NCBI GenBank assembly: GCA_047601445.1
Contig: JASGJH010000001.1
Location: forward strand, 224,001-288,000
Reading direction: 5' to 3'
DNA from: Myxococcales bacterium
Lineage (GTDB): Bacteria; Myxococcota_A; Polyangia; Polyangiales; DASUME01
Length of the DNA stretch: 64,000 nucleotides
Shown: positions 31,344-41,847 of the stretch, one piece after another
How positions within the stretch are numbered: position 1 is the first letter of the stretch
Layout of the letters: each line of letters opens with the position of its first letter
Notes under the pieces: model-generated
Told to the model about the DNA's origin: nothing
The model's database searches: none
Seen by the model: the letters and a program-made list of their open reading frames with translations, nothing else
Program-made: the position numbers and the translations under genes

Positions 31344-31983
31344 GTCTCAAGACGCTAGCACTCCAGCCAGCACCGCAGCTACGCGGAACGCCGACTCGAT
31401 CTCGCCGAGTAGCGAGCGCGAGCCGGCGTTGGGGCAAGGGGCGTTGGTGCTGCCTGGTCTGGGCGAGCTCTGGTTGGCGTGGAGCGCGAAGGGCCTGTTG
31501 ATGCTCTCGCTGCCTGGCCGCATGCCCGGCGAAATCGAGGCCGCCATGGTGGATCGCGAGATCCTGCCGCCTCCTCTGGCCGATGTCCCGAGCGCGTACG
31601 CGGATCCGCTGCGCGCCTACGCCGAAGGGGCCGCGGTCGATCCCGCGAGTCTGCCCGTGGACCTGCGCGGTACGGCGTTCCAACTGAAGGTTTGGCAGGC
31701 CCTGCGCAAGATCCCGCGGGGAGGCGTCCGCAGCTACGCGGGCATCGCCGCGGACATCGGTGCCCCGCGTGCGATGCGTGCGGTGGGGGCTGCGAATGCG
31801 GCCAATCCGATCGCCATCGTGGTGCCCTGCCATCGAGTCGTAGGGACAGGGCTAGGGCTGGGCGGCTATTCGGGCGGGCTCCCCATGAAGCGCCGCCTGC
31901 TCACGCTCGAAGGCGTGCGCGTGGATGCGGGCAAGGTCATTCCTGGTCAGCTCGAGCTGTGGGACCGCCTGGCCGACGACTGA
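31342..31983 (+). CDS. ogt: Methylated-DNA--protein-cysteine methyltransferase
   Basis: GTAFQ.KVW, SY..IA, RAVGAA, active site PCHRV. Start uncertain (31342 or TTG 31429). Confidence 0.9.
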   Translation: MSQDASTPASTAATRNADSISPSSEREPALGQGALVLPGLGELWLAWSAKGLLMLSLPGRMPGEIEAAMVDREILPPPLADVPSAYADPLRAYAEGAAVDPASLPVDLRGTAFQLKVWQALRKIPRGGVRSYAGIAADIGAPRAMRAVGAANAANPIAIVVPCHRVVGTGLGLGGYSGGLPMKRRLLTLEGVRVDAGKVIPGQLELWDRLADD

Positions 31984-32007
31984 GCTGCTACATGGCATGC
32001 TTCGATC

Positions 32008-32361
32008 ATGATGGAGCGTCTAGGCACATGCTTGATGTGCGCGCTCGCGGTCGCAGCTTGCGCTCACCGTCCCTCGTCCACGCCTTCCAGCCCGGAGGCG
32101 CGTGGCGTACCCGACAGCGAATTGACCCCGCGCGGAGCCTATTCCTGCGCCAGCGGTCAGAGCTTGGCCACCCAGTTCGACAGCACCCAACAGCAGCTCG
32201 CGCTGAGCATCGACAACACGCTGGTGCGGCTCGATCAGGTGCCGTCGGGCTCGGGCTCCAAGTTCTCGAACGGGCAGATCACGTTCTGGAACCAGGGCCA
32301 GTTGGCTTCGCTCGAGGTCGATGGTGTGCGCACCGACTGTCAGCGCGAGATCAGTCGTTAG
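32008..32361 (+). CDS. MliC/PliC-family lysozyme-inhibitor lipoprotein
   Basis: Lipobox VAAC, YSC, SGSGSKF, FWNQG, C-terminal Cys. Confidence 0.8.
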   Translation: MMERLGTCLMCALAVAACAHRPSSTPSSPEARGVPDSELTPRGAYSCASGQSLATQFDSTQQQLALSIDNTLVRLDQVPSGSGSKFSNGQITFWNQGQLASLEVDGVRTDCQREISR

Positions 32362-32367
32362 TGGGTG

Positions 32368-32395
32368 GTCGGGGAGGTCGCGTGACCTCCCCGAC
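32368..32395. repeat. Dispersed palindromic repeat, copy D (terminal hairpin only)
   Basis: GTCGGGGAGGTC-GCGT-GACCTCCCCGAC, 12-bp stem, 2 nt after the valS stop. Confidence 0.85.
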
Positions 32396-32397
32396 AA

Positions 32398-35197
32398 TTA
32401 AGCCATTTGCTTGAGGGCGTCCCCGAGCTTTTGCTTGGCGGCCTCGAGTTCGGCCTTACGCGCGGTATCCTTGGCGATGACCTCGGCCGGGGCGCGGGCG
32501 ATGAAGTCCGCGTTGCCGAGCTTCTTGGCCAGGACCATCAGGTCCTTCTCCACCTTGCTCAGCTCGCGCGTGACGCGCTCCTTCTCCTTGGCCATGTCCA
32601 CCAAGCCCGTGAGCGGCACGAGCACGGTGATGCCTTCGGCCACGGCCGTGGCGGTGTGCTCGGGGATGACGTCGCTGGCGTCCTCGAGCGTGAGCGTCGC
32701 GTTGCAGAGGGTCTCGATGGCCCCCTTCTGCGAGCTGAGCAGGGCTCGCTTCTCCGCCTCACCCGTTCGCACCGTGAGTGAGAGGTGCTTCTTCGGGGCC
32801 AGGTCGTGCTCGGCGCGAATGGCACGTGCCGCGCTGATAACCGAGCTGAGCCAGGTGAGCTCCTTCTCGGCGGCCTCGTCGCGCAGGCCTTCCTTGCCGG
32901 CCTGGGGGTAGGCGGCGACGGCGCAGGCCTTGGCGTGGCCGGCCCGCTTGGGCACGTTCTGCCAGATCTCTTCGGTGATGAAGGGCATCATGGGGTGCAG
33001 CGCGCGCAGTACGCTCTCGAGCACGTGCACCAGCGTGGCGCGCGTCTCCTTGGCGAGCGCTTCGGCTTCATCACGCTCGCGCGTCGTGCCTCCCGGGTCG
33101 CCCCCGGCCAGCAGCGGCTTGGTGAGCTCCAAGTACCAGTCGCACAGCTCGTTCCACACGAAGTGATAGAGCCCGAGCGTGGCGTCATCGAGGCGGTACT
33201 CGTGCACGCCCTGGTTGGCGGCGGCGAGCGCCACGTCGAGGCGCGACAGGATCCAGCGGTTGATCAGCGCCGTCGCTTGCGGACGTTCACCCGTGGCTTC
33301 CGCGCCCTTTCCATCGAGCTGCAGCATGGCGTAGCGCGCGGCGTTCCACAGCTTGTTGCAGAAGTTGCGGTAACCCTCGATGCGCTTGACGCTCAAGGCG
33401 ATGCGGCGTGCCTGGGGCGAGTAGCTCAGCAGCGTGTAGCGCACGGCGTCCGAGCCGTAGGCCTGGAAGCCCTCGGGGTAGGTGCGCGTGATGTACTTGA
33501 TGCCGCCCTCGCTGGTGCCGCTCTTCTTGGCCTTGTCGAGCAGTTGCTCGGGCGTGGCGCCGTAGATCAGATTCCAGGGGATCGATCACGTTGCCCTTCA
33601 CCTTCGACATCTTGTCGCCGTTCTCGTCGGTGACCATGCCGGCCAAGAGCACGCGCTTGAAGGGCGGCTTCCCCATGAAATGGATGCCCATCATCATCAT
33701 GCGCGCGACCCAGAAGAAGAGGATGTCGTAGCCCGTCTCCATGTCGCTGGTGGGGTAGAACTTGGCCAGGTCGGGCGTCTCGTTGGGCCAGCCGAGCGTG
33801 GAGAAGGGCCAAAGACCCGAGCTGAACCAGGTGTCGAGCACGTCCTCGTCGGCCTTGAGCTCGCTCGAGCCGCACTTGGGACAGCTGGTGGGATCGGTGC
33901 GGCTCACGATCACGTGCTCGCACTTCTGGCAGTACCAGGCGGGGATCGAGTGACCCCACCAGAGCTGGCGTGAGATGCACCAGTCCTGGATGTTGCGCAT
34001 CCAGTGGTAGTAGGTCTTGGCCCAATCCTCCGGGATGATGACCGTCTCGCCGTTCTCCACGGCCTTGATCGCCGGCTCGGCCAGCGGCTGCGTCTTCACG
34101 TACCACTGGGTGGAGATCAGCGGCTCCACGATGGTGCCCGAGCGCTGCGACTTGGGCAGCGTCATCAGGTGCTTCTTGCTGCCGCGCTCAAGGCCCAGCT
34201 CCACCAGGCGCTTCTTCACGGCCTTACGCGCCACGAAGCGATCGAGCCCCTTGAACTCGCCGCCCTGGTCGTTGACCTTGCCGTCGAGCGTGAAGATGTT
34301 GATCTCTTCGAGGTTGTGGCGCTTGCCCGTGGCGAAGTCGTTGAAGTCGTGGGCCGGCGTGACCTTCACGGCGCCGGTGCCGAACTTGGGATCGACTAGC
34401 TCGGCGTCCGTGATGATGGGGATGCGGCGGTTCACGAAGGGGTGCTTCACGAACTTGCCGTGCAGGTGCGTGTAGCGCGGATCCTCCGGGTGCACCGCGA
34501 TCGCGGTGTCGCCAAGCATCGTCTCCGGGCGTGTCGTGGCGATCACGATCTCGCCACCGTCCTCGGTGGGATAGGCGAACTCGTAGAGCTCGCCCTCGAC
34601 GTTCTCCTCGGTCTCGACCTCGAGGTCGCTGAGCACCGTTTGCGAGACGATGTCCCAGTTCACCAGACGCGTCGCCCGGTAGATGAGCCCCTCTTCGTAG
34701 AGCCGCACGAAGGCTTCGCGCACGGCCACGCAGAGCTCGGGATCCATCGTGAACTTGGTGCGTGTCCAGTCAGCGCTGGCGCCCATCACGCGCTTCTGCT
34801 CGAGGATGCGGTCGCCCGACTCGCGGCGCCAAGCCCACACGCGCTCGATGAACTTCTCGCGCCCGAGATCGTGCCGCGTGAGCCCCTCGGCCTTGAGCTG
34901 ACGCTCGACCACCACCTGGGTCGCGATGCCCGCGTGGTCGGTGCCCGGCACCCAGAGCGCGTTGTAGCCACGCATGCGGTGGTAACGGATGAGCACGTCC
35001 TCGAAGGTGGTGCGGCAGGCGTGACCCATGTGGAGGCTGCCCGTCACGTTCGGGGGTGGCATCGAAATTACGTAGGTCGGGCGCGGGTCGCTCGGGTCAC
35101 TCTCGGCACGGAACAAGCCGTGCTCTTCCCAGAAGGCGTACCACTTCCTTTCGGTGAGAGACGGATCGTAGGCCTTGGGCATCTCGGCGGCTGTCAT
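32398..35197 (-). CDS. valS: Valine--tRNA ligase with one apparent frameshift near 33572
   Basis: PPPNVTGSLHMGH, DWCISRQLWWGH, KMSK in ORF 33287..35197. Anticodon-binding and coiled-coil domains in ORF 32398..33444. Confidence 0.95.
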
Positions 35198-35442
35198 GGG
35201 GGCCGGAAGATGAAGGTTAGAGGGCCCACCGGCAACGGGTGGCGTCGCGACTGCGAGCTAGCCCCCCATTCGACCCCCTCCGCGAGCCGTTCGCCCGCCC
35301 GTTAGTTCTGCTCACGCCCGGAGGGCTCCGGTTCGGACCCAAACCGGTCAGCGCGGGCGGTCGCAGCGGGCTGCCGTGCAAAAATTTCCCTAGGAAGAAA
35401 CGCTTGAAAACCAGGCGCCAATTAGGGTCTTCTCCCACCCCT

Positions 35443-37722
35443 ATGAGTCCCTCCCGCTTGCTCCCCCTTACCCTCTTGGCCGCGGCGTGCCTGGCAACGG
35501 CCTGCTCGGAAGACACCACCCCGCCTCGCGACGGCGAAACGCTCGATGGCGGCGACGGAGACGGGGGCGGCGGCCAGCACGACACTGGCACGGTGAACCC
35601 CGGAGACGGCGACGGCGACGGGGATGGCGACGGCGGGCAGACGGTGGTCGACAGCGGTGCGGATAGCGGCGCCGACAGCGGCCCGTGCGTGCCGAAGGGC
35701 TGTGATGAGCTCCCGAACATCGAGTGCGGCAGCACCACCGACGGCTGCGGTGGGCCGCTCGACTGCGGAGACGACAAGTGCACCGGGGTCAATACTTGCG
35801 GCGCAGTGGATGCGAACAAGTGCGGCTGCAAGCCCAAGACCTGCGAAGACCTGGGCGCGGTCTGTGGTGAGGACATCGACGACGGCTGCGGCGGCAAGAT
35901 CCCGACCTGCGGTGCGGGCGACTGCTTGGCCCAGGGCGACAACTACATCTGCAATCAGGACCGCACGGCCTGCGCCTGCGTGCCCGAGTCGGAGCTCAGC
36001 GTGTGCGCGCAGCATGCATGCGGCGACTACGGCGATGGCTGCGGGCTCGAGCTCGACATCAACTGCGGCACCTGCGGCGGCTACAAGCACTGCGTGGACA
36101 GCGGCGCTGCCTCGGACTGCCAGTGCGACACCACCAACAACACGCTCAAGACTCAGGCCTGCGCGGGCAAGACCTGCGGCACCGTCACCACCGCCGATGG
36201 CTGTCAGTTCACCTGCGGTGCGGCGTGCGGTCCCACCAGCTGCGGTTTGAACGGCGCTTGCACCGGCAACTGCACCTGCCCGAATGACGGCAATGGCGCA
36301 GGAGAAGACCAGATCTGCGTGGCGGGAAACTGCTGCACGCCGCCCGCCAACGCGGCGGCCGCTTGCGGCGCCCAGAACTGCGGCGAGGTCACGGTCTGCG
36401 GCACCAAGTTCAGCTGCGGCAACAACAACACCACGGCCTGTGCCGACGCGACCAAGGCCTGCTCTGATCCCACCTACGACAAGCAGCATGCCAAGCCCAC
36501 CTGCATCGACAAGAAGCAGGCCGACCTGCTCGGCACCTACCTGGTGCGTTCGCACGCTTTCCGAGGCTCGCGCGACGGCAACACCGACCTGGTGAACCGC
36601 TCCGAGTCGCTCTCCATCGTGACCATCGAGGTCAGCGCGGCGGGCGCACTGCGCATGCGCGACTACGGCTGCTTCACCACGGGCATCGATATCAAGGGAG
36701 CGAACCCCAGCATCGCGCCGAGCTACTACAACCTGCCCGAGCTCCTCGTCGACCTCAGCGTGGCGGCGGGCTCCGCGGGCCAGCCCAACACCTGGCTGCG
36801 TCCAGCCAAGTCCATCGCTGCGGGCTACATCGATGCCCGCCCCGGGAATTACTTCTGCGACGCTGCGGGCGCCTTCACGGGCGCGGGCAACGCGGCCACC
36901 GACTTCAACACGGCACCTGGCTTCATCGGTCCCACGGTGACTGCCGAGTCCGGTGCGCGTAAGGTCTGGTTGGGCAACTACGATCCGCCCAAGGACGAGC
37001 AAGCGAACCAGGCCTGCACTTGCCCCGCCAACCTCGCGGCCTACAGCGCGATGCCGGCTGAGAACGTGTCGAGCTCCGCGAGCGGCGTGACGGATTGCCG
37101 CATCAACGACATCGACGACGACAACAAGCCCGGCTTCAGTATCATCGCCAAGTACGGCACCACCACCCTGAACGTGGCCGCTGCCAGCCTCTCGACTACC
37201 GAGTGGTGGGGCAACATCGACCCCGCGGGCCGCCACTACGGCTTTGGCGCCATCTCGGCCAGCCACGCCCGCACGGTCCCCCTGTCGCGCAAGTTCCTCA
37301 CTTGCGGCGGCAGCCCGGCCTTCAGCGCGGGCCTCCTGTGTCTCGCCGCGCCGAGCCAATCCGACTGGGGCTGCGGCGCCCAGTACGACGTGGTCCGCTT
37401 CGAGAAGCAGCCCAAGGGTGTGCACTACGACACCTTCGACCAGCTCAAGAACGCCTGCATCGGCGCGGGCAAGTACTACGCGAACGCGCCGGCCACGGCC
37501 GTGGGGCAGGCCAAGACCAAGGTGGGCGAGTTCTCGTTCACGACGGCTTGCACCACCTCCGCCAACTGCCGTGAGGATGAGATCTGCAAGGCGGGCAAGT
37601 GCTGGCCGATGACGTCTCCCGAGGTCTGCGACACGACCACGGCTCCCTGTCGGGCGGGCTGGGTCTGCGCGGATTCGGACCACTCCTGCTGGCCCGCCAC
37701 CTGCACCGATCCCACGCCTTGA
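35443..37722 (+). CDS. Cys-rich myxobacterial-type lipoprotein
   Basis: Start MSPSRLL, lipobox LATAC, GDGDGD linker, repeated CG..xDGCG..xxCG modules, Cys-rich C-terminus. Confidence 0.8.
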   Translation: MSPSRLLPLTLLAAACLATACSEDTTPPRDGETLDGGDGDGGGGQHDTGTVNPGDGDGDGDGDGGQTVVDSGADSGADSGPCVPKGCDELPNIECGSTTDGCGGPLDCGDDKCTGVNTCGAVDANKCGCKPKTCEDLGAVCGEDIDDGCGGKIPTCGAGDCLAQGDNYICNQDRTACACVPESELSVCAQHACGDYGDGCGLELDINCGTCGGYKHCVDSGAASDCQCDTTNNTLKTQACAGKTCGTVTTADGCQFTCGAACGPTSCGLNGACTGNCTCPNDGNGAGEDQICVAGNCCTPPANAAAACGAQNCGEVTVCGTKFSCGNNNTTACADATKACSDPTYDKQHAKPTCIDKKQADLLGTYLVRSHAFRGSRDGNTDLVNRSESLSIVTIEVSAAGALRMRDYGCFTTGIDIKGANPSIAPSYYNLPELLVDLSVAAGSAGQPNTWLRPAKSIAAGYIDARPGNYFCDAAGAFTGAGNAATDFNTAPGFIGPTVTAESGARKVWLGNYDPPKDEQANQACTCPANLAAYSAMPAENVSSSASGVTDCRINDIDDDNKPGFSIIAKYGTTTLNVAAASLSTTEWWGNIDPAGRHYGFGAISASHARTVPLSRKFLTCGGSPAFSAGLLCLAAPSQSDWGCGAQYDVVRFEKQPKGVHYDTFDQLKNACIGAGKYYANAPATAVGQAKTKVGEFSFTTACTTSANCREDEICKAGKCWPMTSPEVCDTTTAPCRAGWVCADSDHSCWPATCTDPTP

Positions 37723-37726
37723 TGGA

Positions 37727-37785
37727 ACGGGGAGGTCACCCGGCCTCCCCGCCCGTCCGGACCCCGCGAGGTTCGCGTCGCTCAC
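37727..37785 (+). repeat. Dispersed structured repeat, copy C (internally deleted)
   Basis: ACGGGGAGGTCACCCGGCCTCCCCGCCCGTC..CCGCGAGGTTCGCGTCGCTCAC. Matches both ends of copy A in reverse complement. Confidence 0.8.
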
Positions 37786-37823
37786 CCAAAGCCCAAGCGC
37801 GGCGCGCGTGTTAAACCCGCGCC

Positions 37824-39506
37824 ATGCGTTACCTGTGCGTCCATTGTGATCACCGCTTCGATGTCGAGGGAACCGACGTGCCCTCGCGTTGCCCGAAGTG
37901 CATGCGTGCCACCGGCGTGAAGCCGCTCATGCAGCAGTCGTTGTCCGAGGTGAAGAAGGGCATCACGCGCCCCTTCTTGATCGCAATCGGTCTCGGCGCA
38001 GCCACGGTGATCGGGGTAGGGGGCTATCTACTGCTCGGCTCGCCCAAGGACCCCAAGCTGGCCCTGGCGAGCACGCAGCCCCTGTCCGAGAGCGATCTGA
38101 CGGCAGCCTTGGCGAGCCAGCAGGTGAACGCAGGCGGACTCGAGAAGCTGCTCCTCGAAGACGACGCCATCGAGGGCTTCGCGGAGAAAGCGGCAGGCTC
38201 GGCCAAGACCCCGAGTGAAAAAGCCAAGGCGCTCACGCAGGCCCTTCGCGAGCGCGCCAAGGCGCTGGCCTTCGTGCCGTGGTCGCTGGGGGAGCCGCGC
38301 GCCACACCAGTGATGACGGCGAGCGAGACCTTCAAGTTGGTCCAGAAAGATGGCGGGCGCGCCGAGCTCTATCCCATCGAGGTAGCGGCTCTCGAGGTGA
38401 GTGCGCTGCGCAGCCTGGACATGCCCGCGATGGTGGCCGAGTTGGTGCAGGTGCCAGGGGAGCGCGCGCCGCTCGAGGGGGCGGGCTATATCGGGTACTT
38501 CGTGGTGGCAGTGCCCGGTGCGAACGGAGCGGCTCCCGAGCTCTTCGACCCTTACGGCGGGCGCAGCCTCAAGGGCAGCGAGAAGATCAATCTGCTGAGT
38601 GACGCGACCGCGGTGGGAGCAGCGCTCTCGCTGCGGGCGATCCACGAGATGGCGTACCTGGCGGATCCGCGCAGTGCGCTCGCTACGTCGTCGCACGCGC
38701 TGAAGCTGGCGGCGAGCTTGCCGGCGGTGCGCACGGCGCGCGGTGTGATCGTGTTGAGCGGCAAGATGGTGGAGCAGGGGCTCCAGGAGTTCACCGCAGC
38801 GAGCCAGCTCCGCGCGGACGCGCCACGCCTGCACAACCTGGCCAGCGTGAAGCTGATGACAGGGGACGTGGAGGGAGCGGGCAACGACCTCACGCGCGCG
38901 CTCGAGAAGTCTCCGGACTACGCCTCGGCGCAGGCCAGCCTCGGCGCGCTCGACATGCTGCGCGGCGATGCGGATGGAGCCCGCGTGGCGTTCGAGAAGG
39001 CGGAGCAGCTCTCGCCAGATCTATCGCTCGTGCAGTGGGGGCTGGCCGAGTTCGCGCTGCGCTCCGGGGACAAAGCGACGGCGCTCGCCAAGGCCGAGCA
39101 GGCGGTGAAGCGTCGCCCATCGTTCGACGCCAAGGTGCGCTACGGCGTGCTGTTGCGTCAGGCCGGGCGCTTCGAGGAGATGCGCGTGGTGGCCCACGAG
39201 CTGGTAAAGCTCACGCCGGACTATCGCAAGGACGAGGTGCGCGAACTCTTGACCACGGTGCTCGGTCCCACCGCGCTCGATCCCATCGAGCCCGACCCCA
39301 GCGCGGATGATCTGGCAGACCTCGGCGGACCCGATCTCGATCTGAAGCTCGGAGCCGACTCCAAGCTGCTCAATCCCAGCGAGCCTCAGCTCGCACCAGC
39401 GGCACCCAGCGGCGGCAACGACCCGATGCTGATGCTCGGTGACCCCAAGAAGCTCAAGCTCGGCGGCGACCAGCCCAAGCTAAAGCTCGATCTCGACTCT
39501 CCCTGA
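37824..39506 (+). CDS. Zn-ribbon + TM + transglutaminase-like + TPR protein
   Basis: CVHC..CPKC, one TM helix, ALRSLDMPA..FVVAV..FDPYGG segment, TPR-like helices. Confidence 0.75.
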   Translation: MRYLCVHCDHRFDVEGTDVPSRCPKCMRATGVKPLMQQSLSEVKKGITRPFLIAIGLGAATVIGVGGYLLLGSPKDPKLALASTQPLSESDLTAALASQQVNAGGLEKLLLEDDAIEGFAEKAAGSAKTPSEKAKALTQALRERAKALAFVPWSLGEPRATPVMTASETFKLVQKDGGRAELYPIEVAALEVSALRSLDMPAMVAELVQVPGERAPLEGAGYIGYFVVAVPGANGAAPELFDPYGGRSLKGSEKINLLSDATAVGAALSLRAIHEMAYLADPRSALATSSHALKLAASLPAVRTARGVIVLSGKMVEQGLQEFTAASQLRADAPRLHNLASVKLMTGDVEGAGNDLTRALEKSPDYASAQASLGALDMLRGDADGARVAFEKAEQLSPDLSLVQWGLAEFALRSGDKATALAKAEQAVKRRPSFDAKVRYGVLLRQAGRFEEMRVVAHELVKLTPDYRKDEVRELLTTVLGPTALDPIEPDPSADDLADLGGPDLDLKLGADSKLLNPSEPQLAPAAPSGGNDPMLMLGDPKKLKLGGDQPKLKLDLDSP

Positions 39507-39819
39507 TCTCTCTGCCCAGTTCGTCCTCGAACTGGGGGTTGGCGTCGGGGGCGGGGGGCCGCTTGGTTGGCGCGGCAACCGCTTTGTCGAACGAGCGTCC
39601 TCACAGGCGGGCCGGCATCGAAACGTGTGCCACTCCACCCCCACAGCCACCCCTGACGCGAGAAAGCGCCACCGCGTCAACCAGCGGCCTCCCGCCCCCG
39701 AAGCGACGGCCCAGACCAAGAGCCCGCACTGGAGAATGTAATGGCGGAGAGGAGCGTGAGGCACCGATTCGGAATGCAGCTCGATTGCGCGCGCGCCGCG
39801 CCGCCGTTAGCGTGATGGT

Positions 39820-40815
39820 ATGCGCTTGATTTTCGTCTCGATCGTCGTGAGCGCATGGATGCCGCTCGCGGGGTTGGCACAAGACAATGTGCAGCCACCG
39901 CAAGCTCCGTTCAGCGCCCCCATTCCCGACCCGGCTCCTGTGACGCAGCCCACGCCGTCGCCACCGGCGAGCGCTCCTGCCACACCGTACGCGCCGCCCA
40001 GCGCGCCCTATGCGCCGCCCGCGCCCGTGGCTGCCCCAACGCCGGTCGCTCCCGCGGTCGTCTACGCACCACCCGCGCCGGTCACCCCTGCACCCATTTA
40101 TGCACCACCCGCGCCGGTCACTCCCGCGCCCATCTATTTGGTGCCCATCAGCCAAGCTCCCGCTGTGGCGCCTGCTGTTCCGGGTGCGCAGCTCTCGCCT
40201 TCCACGCCTGCGATGTCGGATCCGTCGCTGCCCGCGCCGGGCAAGGGCGACCCAGGCTTCGTCGATCGCAGCAAGTTACCAGGTGGCTACGTCATCGCCG
40301 CAGGCCAGGTCATCAAGTACACGTCCCCGGACGATGACCCATTGCAGGCCGTGCGCGAGGCTCAGCTCTCTTCCGAGCTAACGCTCGCGCTGGACCAACT
40401 CGACGCGCTGCAGAATCAGCGTGTGCGATTGGGACCGGCCATCACGCTGATGGTGTTCGGCTTCGGCGCGAGCTCCGTGTCCGCGCTCGCGGCCGTCTCC
40501 ACGTTCTCCAAGGCAGAGTCGGTGCAGCACGGACACCTTACGGGCCACGACATCACGGGCAACGGCGTGGTCAACGGACAGGACGAGCAGCGCTACCGCA
40601 ACATCGCCTACGGGTTCACGGCTGCTGCGGTCGGGGGACTCGTGATGGGGCTAACCGGCCTCGTGAAGCTTGCCCGCCGCCGCGGCGAGCGCGCAGCTAA
40701 CCAGGCGCGTTCGGAGCAGCTCACGGGGCGCATCGCTGCGATCCGCGAGCAACTCGACTACGGCGTCAGCTTCGGGCCTCAGCAGCTGCAGATGGGGATC
40801 CAGAGCAACTTCTGA
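39820..40815 (+). CDS. Hypothetical Pro/Ala-rich exported membrane protein
   Basis: Signal peptide, YAPPAPVTPAPI repeats, two C-terminal hydrophobic helices, terminal Phe. Confidence 0.7.
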   Translation: MRLIFVSIVVSAWMPLAGLAQDNVQPPQAPFSAPIPDPAPVTQPTPSPPASAPATPYAPPSAPYAPPAPVAAPTPVAPAVVYAPPAPVTPAPIYAPPAPVTPAPIYLVPISQAPAVAPAVPGAQLSPSTPAMSDPSLPAPGKGDPGFVDRSKLPGGYVIAAGQVIKYTSPDDDPLQAVREAQLSSELTLALDQLDALQNQRVRLGPAITLMVFGFGASSVSALAAVSTFSKAESVQHGHLTGHDITGNGVVNGQDEQRYRNIAYGFTAAAVGGLVMGLTGLVKLARRRGERAANQARSEQLTGRIAAIREQLDYGVSFGPQQLQMGIQSNF

Positions 40816-40958
40816 GGAGCGAGAACGTTCGCCACGCTGGATTCTTGGGACGTCGCCGTGCGCTGCGCGCACTGAGTGCGGCTCCTCGCCGGCCTTGATT
40901 CTTCTTCGAAACCCGCCGAAGCTCGGTCAGCAGACGTGGTGCTGCGCGGGAGCTGGCC

Positions 40959-41567
40959 ATGCAGGAATCTGGAGACATCGGTGGCGGTGGGGCGGACAAC
41001 GCGTTCGAGGACGCCAAGGCGTTCAACAAAGGTAAGGGTAAGACGCTGGCCGCGATGATCGGCTTCGTGCTCGCGGCCGTGGCGGCCTTTGGTTGGTACG
41101 TCCTGCAAGATCAGCCGAATCCTTACAGTGGTCTCGGCAAGCAGGTGAATGGACTCAAGAGCAAGTACTTCGACGGCTTCTTCATCTGCGCGTTGCCGGG
41201 CAAGATGCCGGGCGAGCTCAAGAGCGATCAGGATCTGCGCGCGGAGATCGATTCACGCGCGGTCGCGGGCGCGCGCTACGGCGCTCATCTGCGCAAGTGC
41301 GCGGCGCCGTTACGTGAGCTCAGCACGGGCCTGCGCGCGCTGTTGCCGCCCGAAGAAGCTGTGCCGCTCGTGAAGTCGATGGCGGACTCGGCGACCAAGC
41401 TGAACGTGGGTGCCGAAGCCTTCGCTGGACACCTGGAGAATCTCGAGGCTGCCTACGATCCCGAGAACGGAGCCCAGGAGTCCGACACGCTCGTGCGAGC
41501 TTGGTACGAGTTTAAGAAAGCTCACGCCGATCTGAATCAGCTCGTCAAAACCAAGTTGGGTCGGTGA
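40959..41567 (+). CDS. Hypothetical single-pass membrane protein
   Basis: GGGAG SD upstream, one N-terminal TM, helical C-terminal domain, host-like codon usage. Confidence 0.7.
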   Translation: MQESGDIGGGGADNAFEDAKAFNKGKGKTLAAMIGFVLAAVAAFGWYVLQDQPNPYSGLGKQVNGLKSKYFDGFFICALPGKMPGELKSDQDLRAEIDSRAVAGARYGAHLRKCAAPLRELSTGLRALLPPEEAVPLVKSMADSATKLNVGAEAFAGHLENLEAAYDPENGAQESDTLVRAWYEFKKAHADLNQLVKTKLGR

Positions 41568-41847
41568 AGCAAAGTCGACACATGGAAGAGAAATCTGAGC
41601 CGAACCGCTATCCCAAAACAGCGCTAATTGCCGTGAAATTTTGAAGTCGAATGACACAAATGCTGAAATTGGGCCTGTAAATCAGGTTAATTGATCCTCT
41701 TTCACTTGCTCCCGAGCCACGCACGTCCTAACTCGCCCGTTTCGTGAAAACTGCAGCAACCTCCTCGTTGCGATGTTGATACGGAGAGGTCTGCTGCCAA
41801 CGTCGGCTTTGCTGTTCGAAGTCGGCCGCGAATGCGGAGCGAAACCC

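Noticed and set aside
26716..33574. Programmed frameshifting or true pseudogenes in polA and valS
   Set aside because: No slippery heptamers, no other decay, and valS is normally essential. The shared GATC context points to sequencing error.
35198..35442. T-box riboswitch upstream of valS (also checked upstream of argD)
   Set aside because: No T-box consensus (AGGGTGGNACCGCG) found in either leader.
20524..37785. Long antisense or alternate-frame ORFs (e.g. 20524..22566 -, 35422..37785 -, also 10713..12710 +)
   Set aside because: Shadow ORFs expected at high GC3. They are Arg/Gly/Ala-rich, lack motifs and fully overlap well-supported genes.
39515..39536. Hairpin CCCAGTTCG-TCCT-CGAACTGGG as another repeat copy or intrinsic terminator
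   Set aside because: Unrelated in sequence to the repeat family and lacks a U-tract. At most an ordinary 3' stem.
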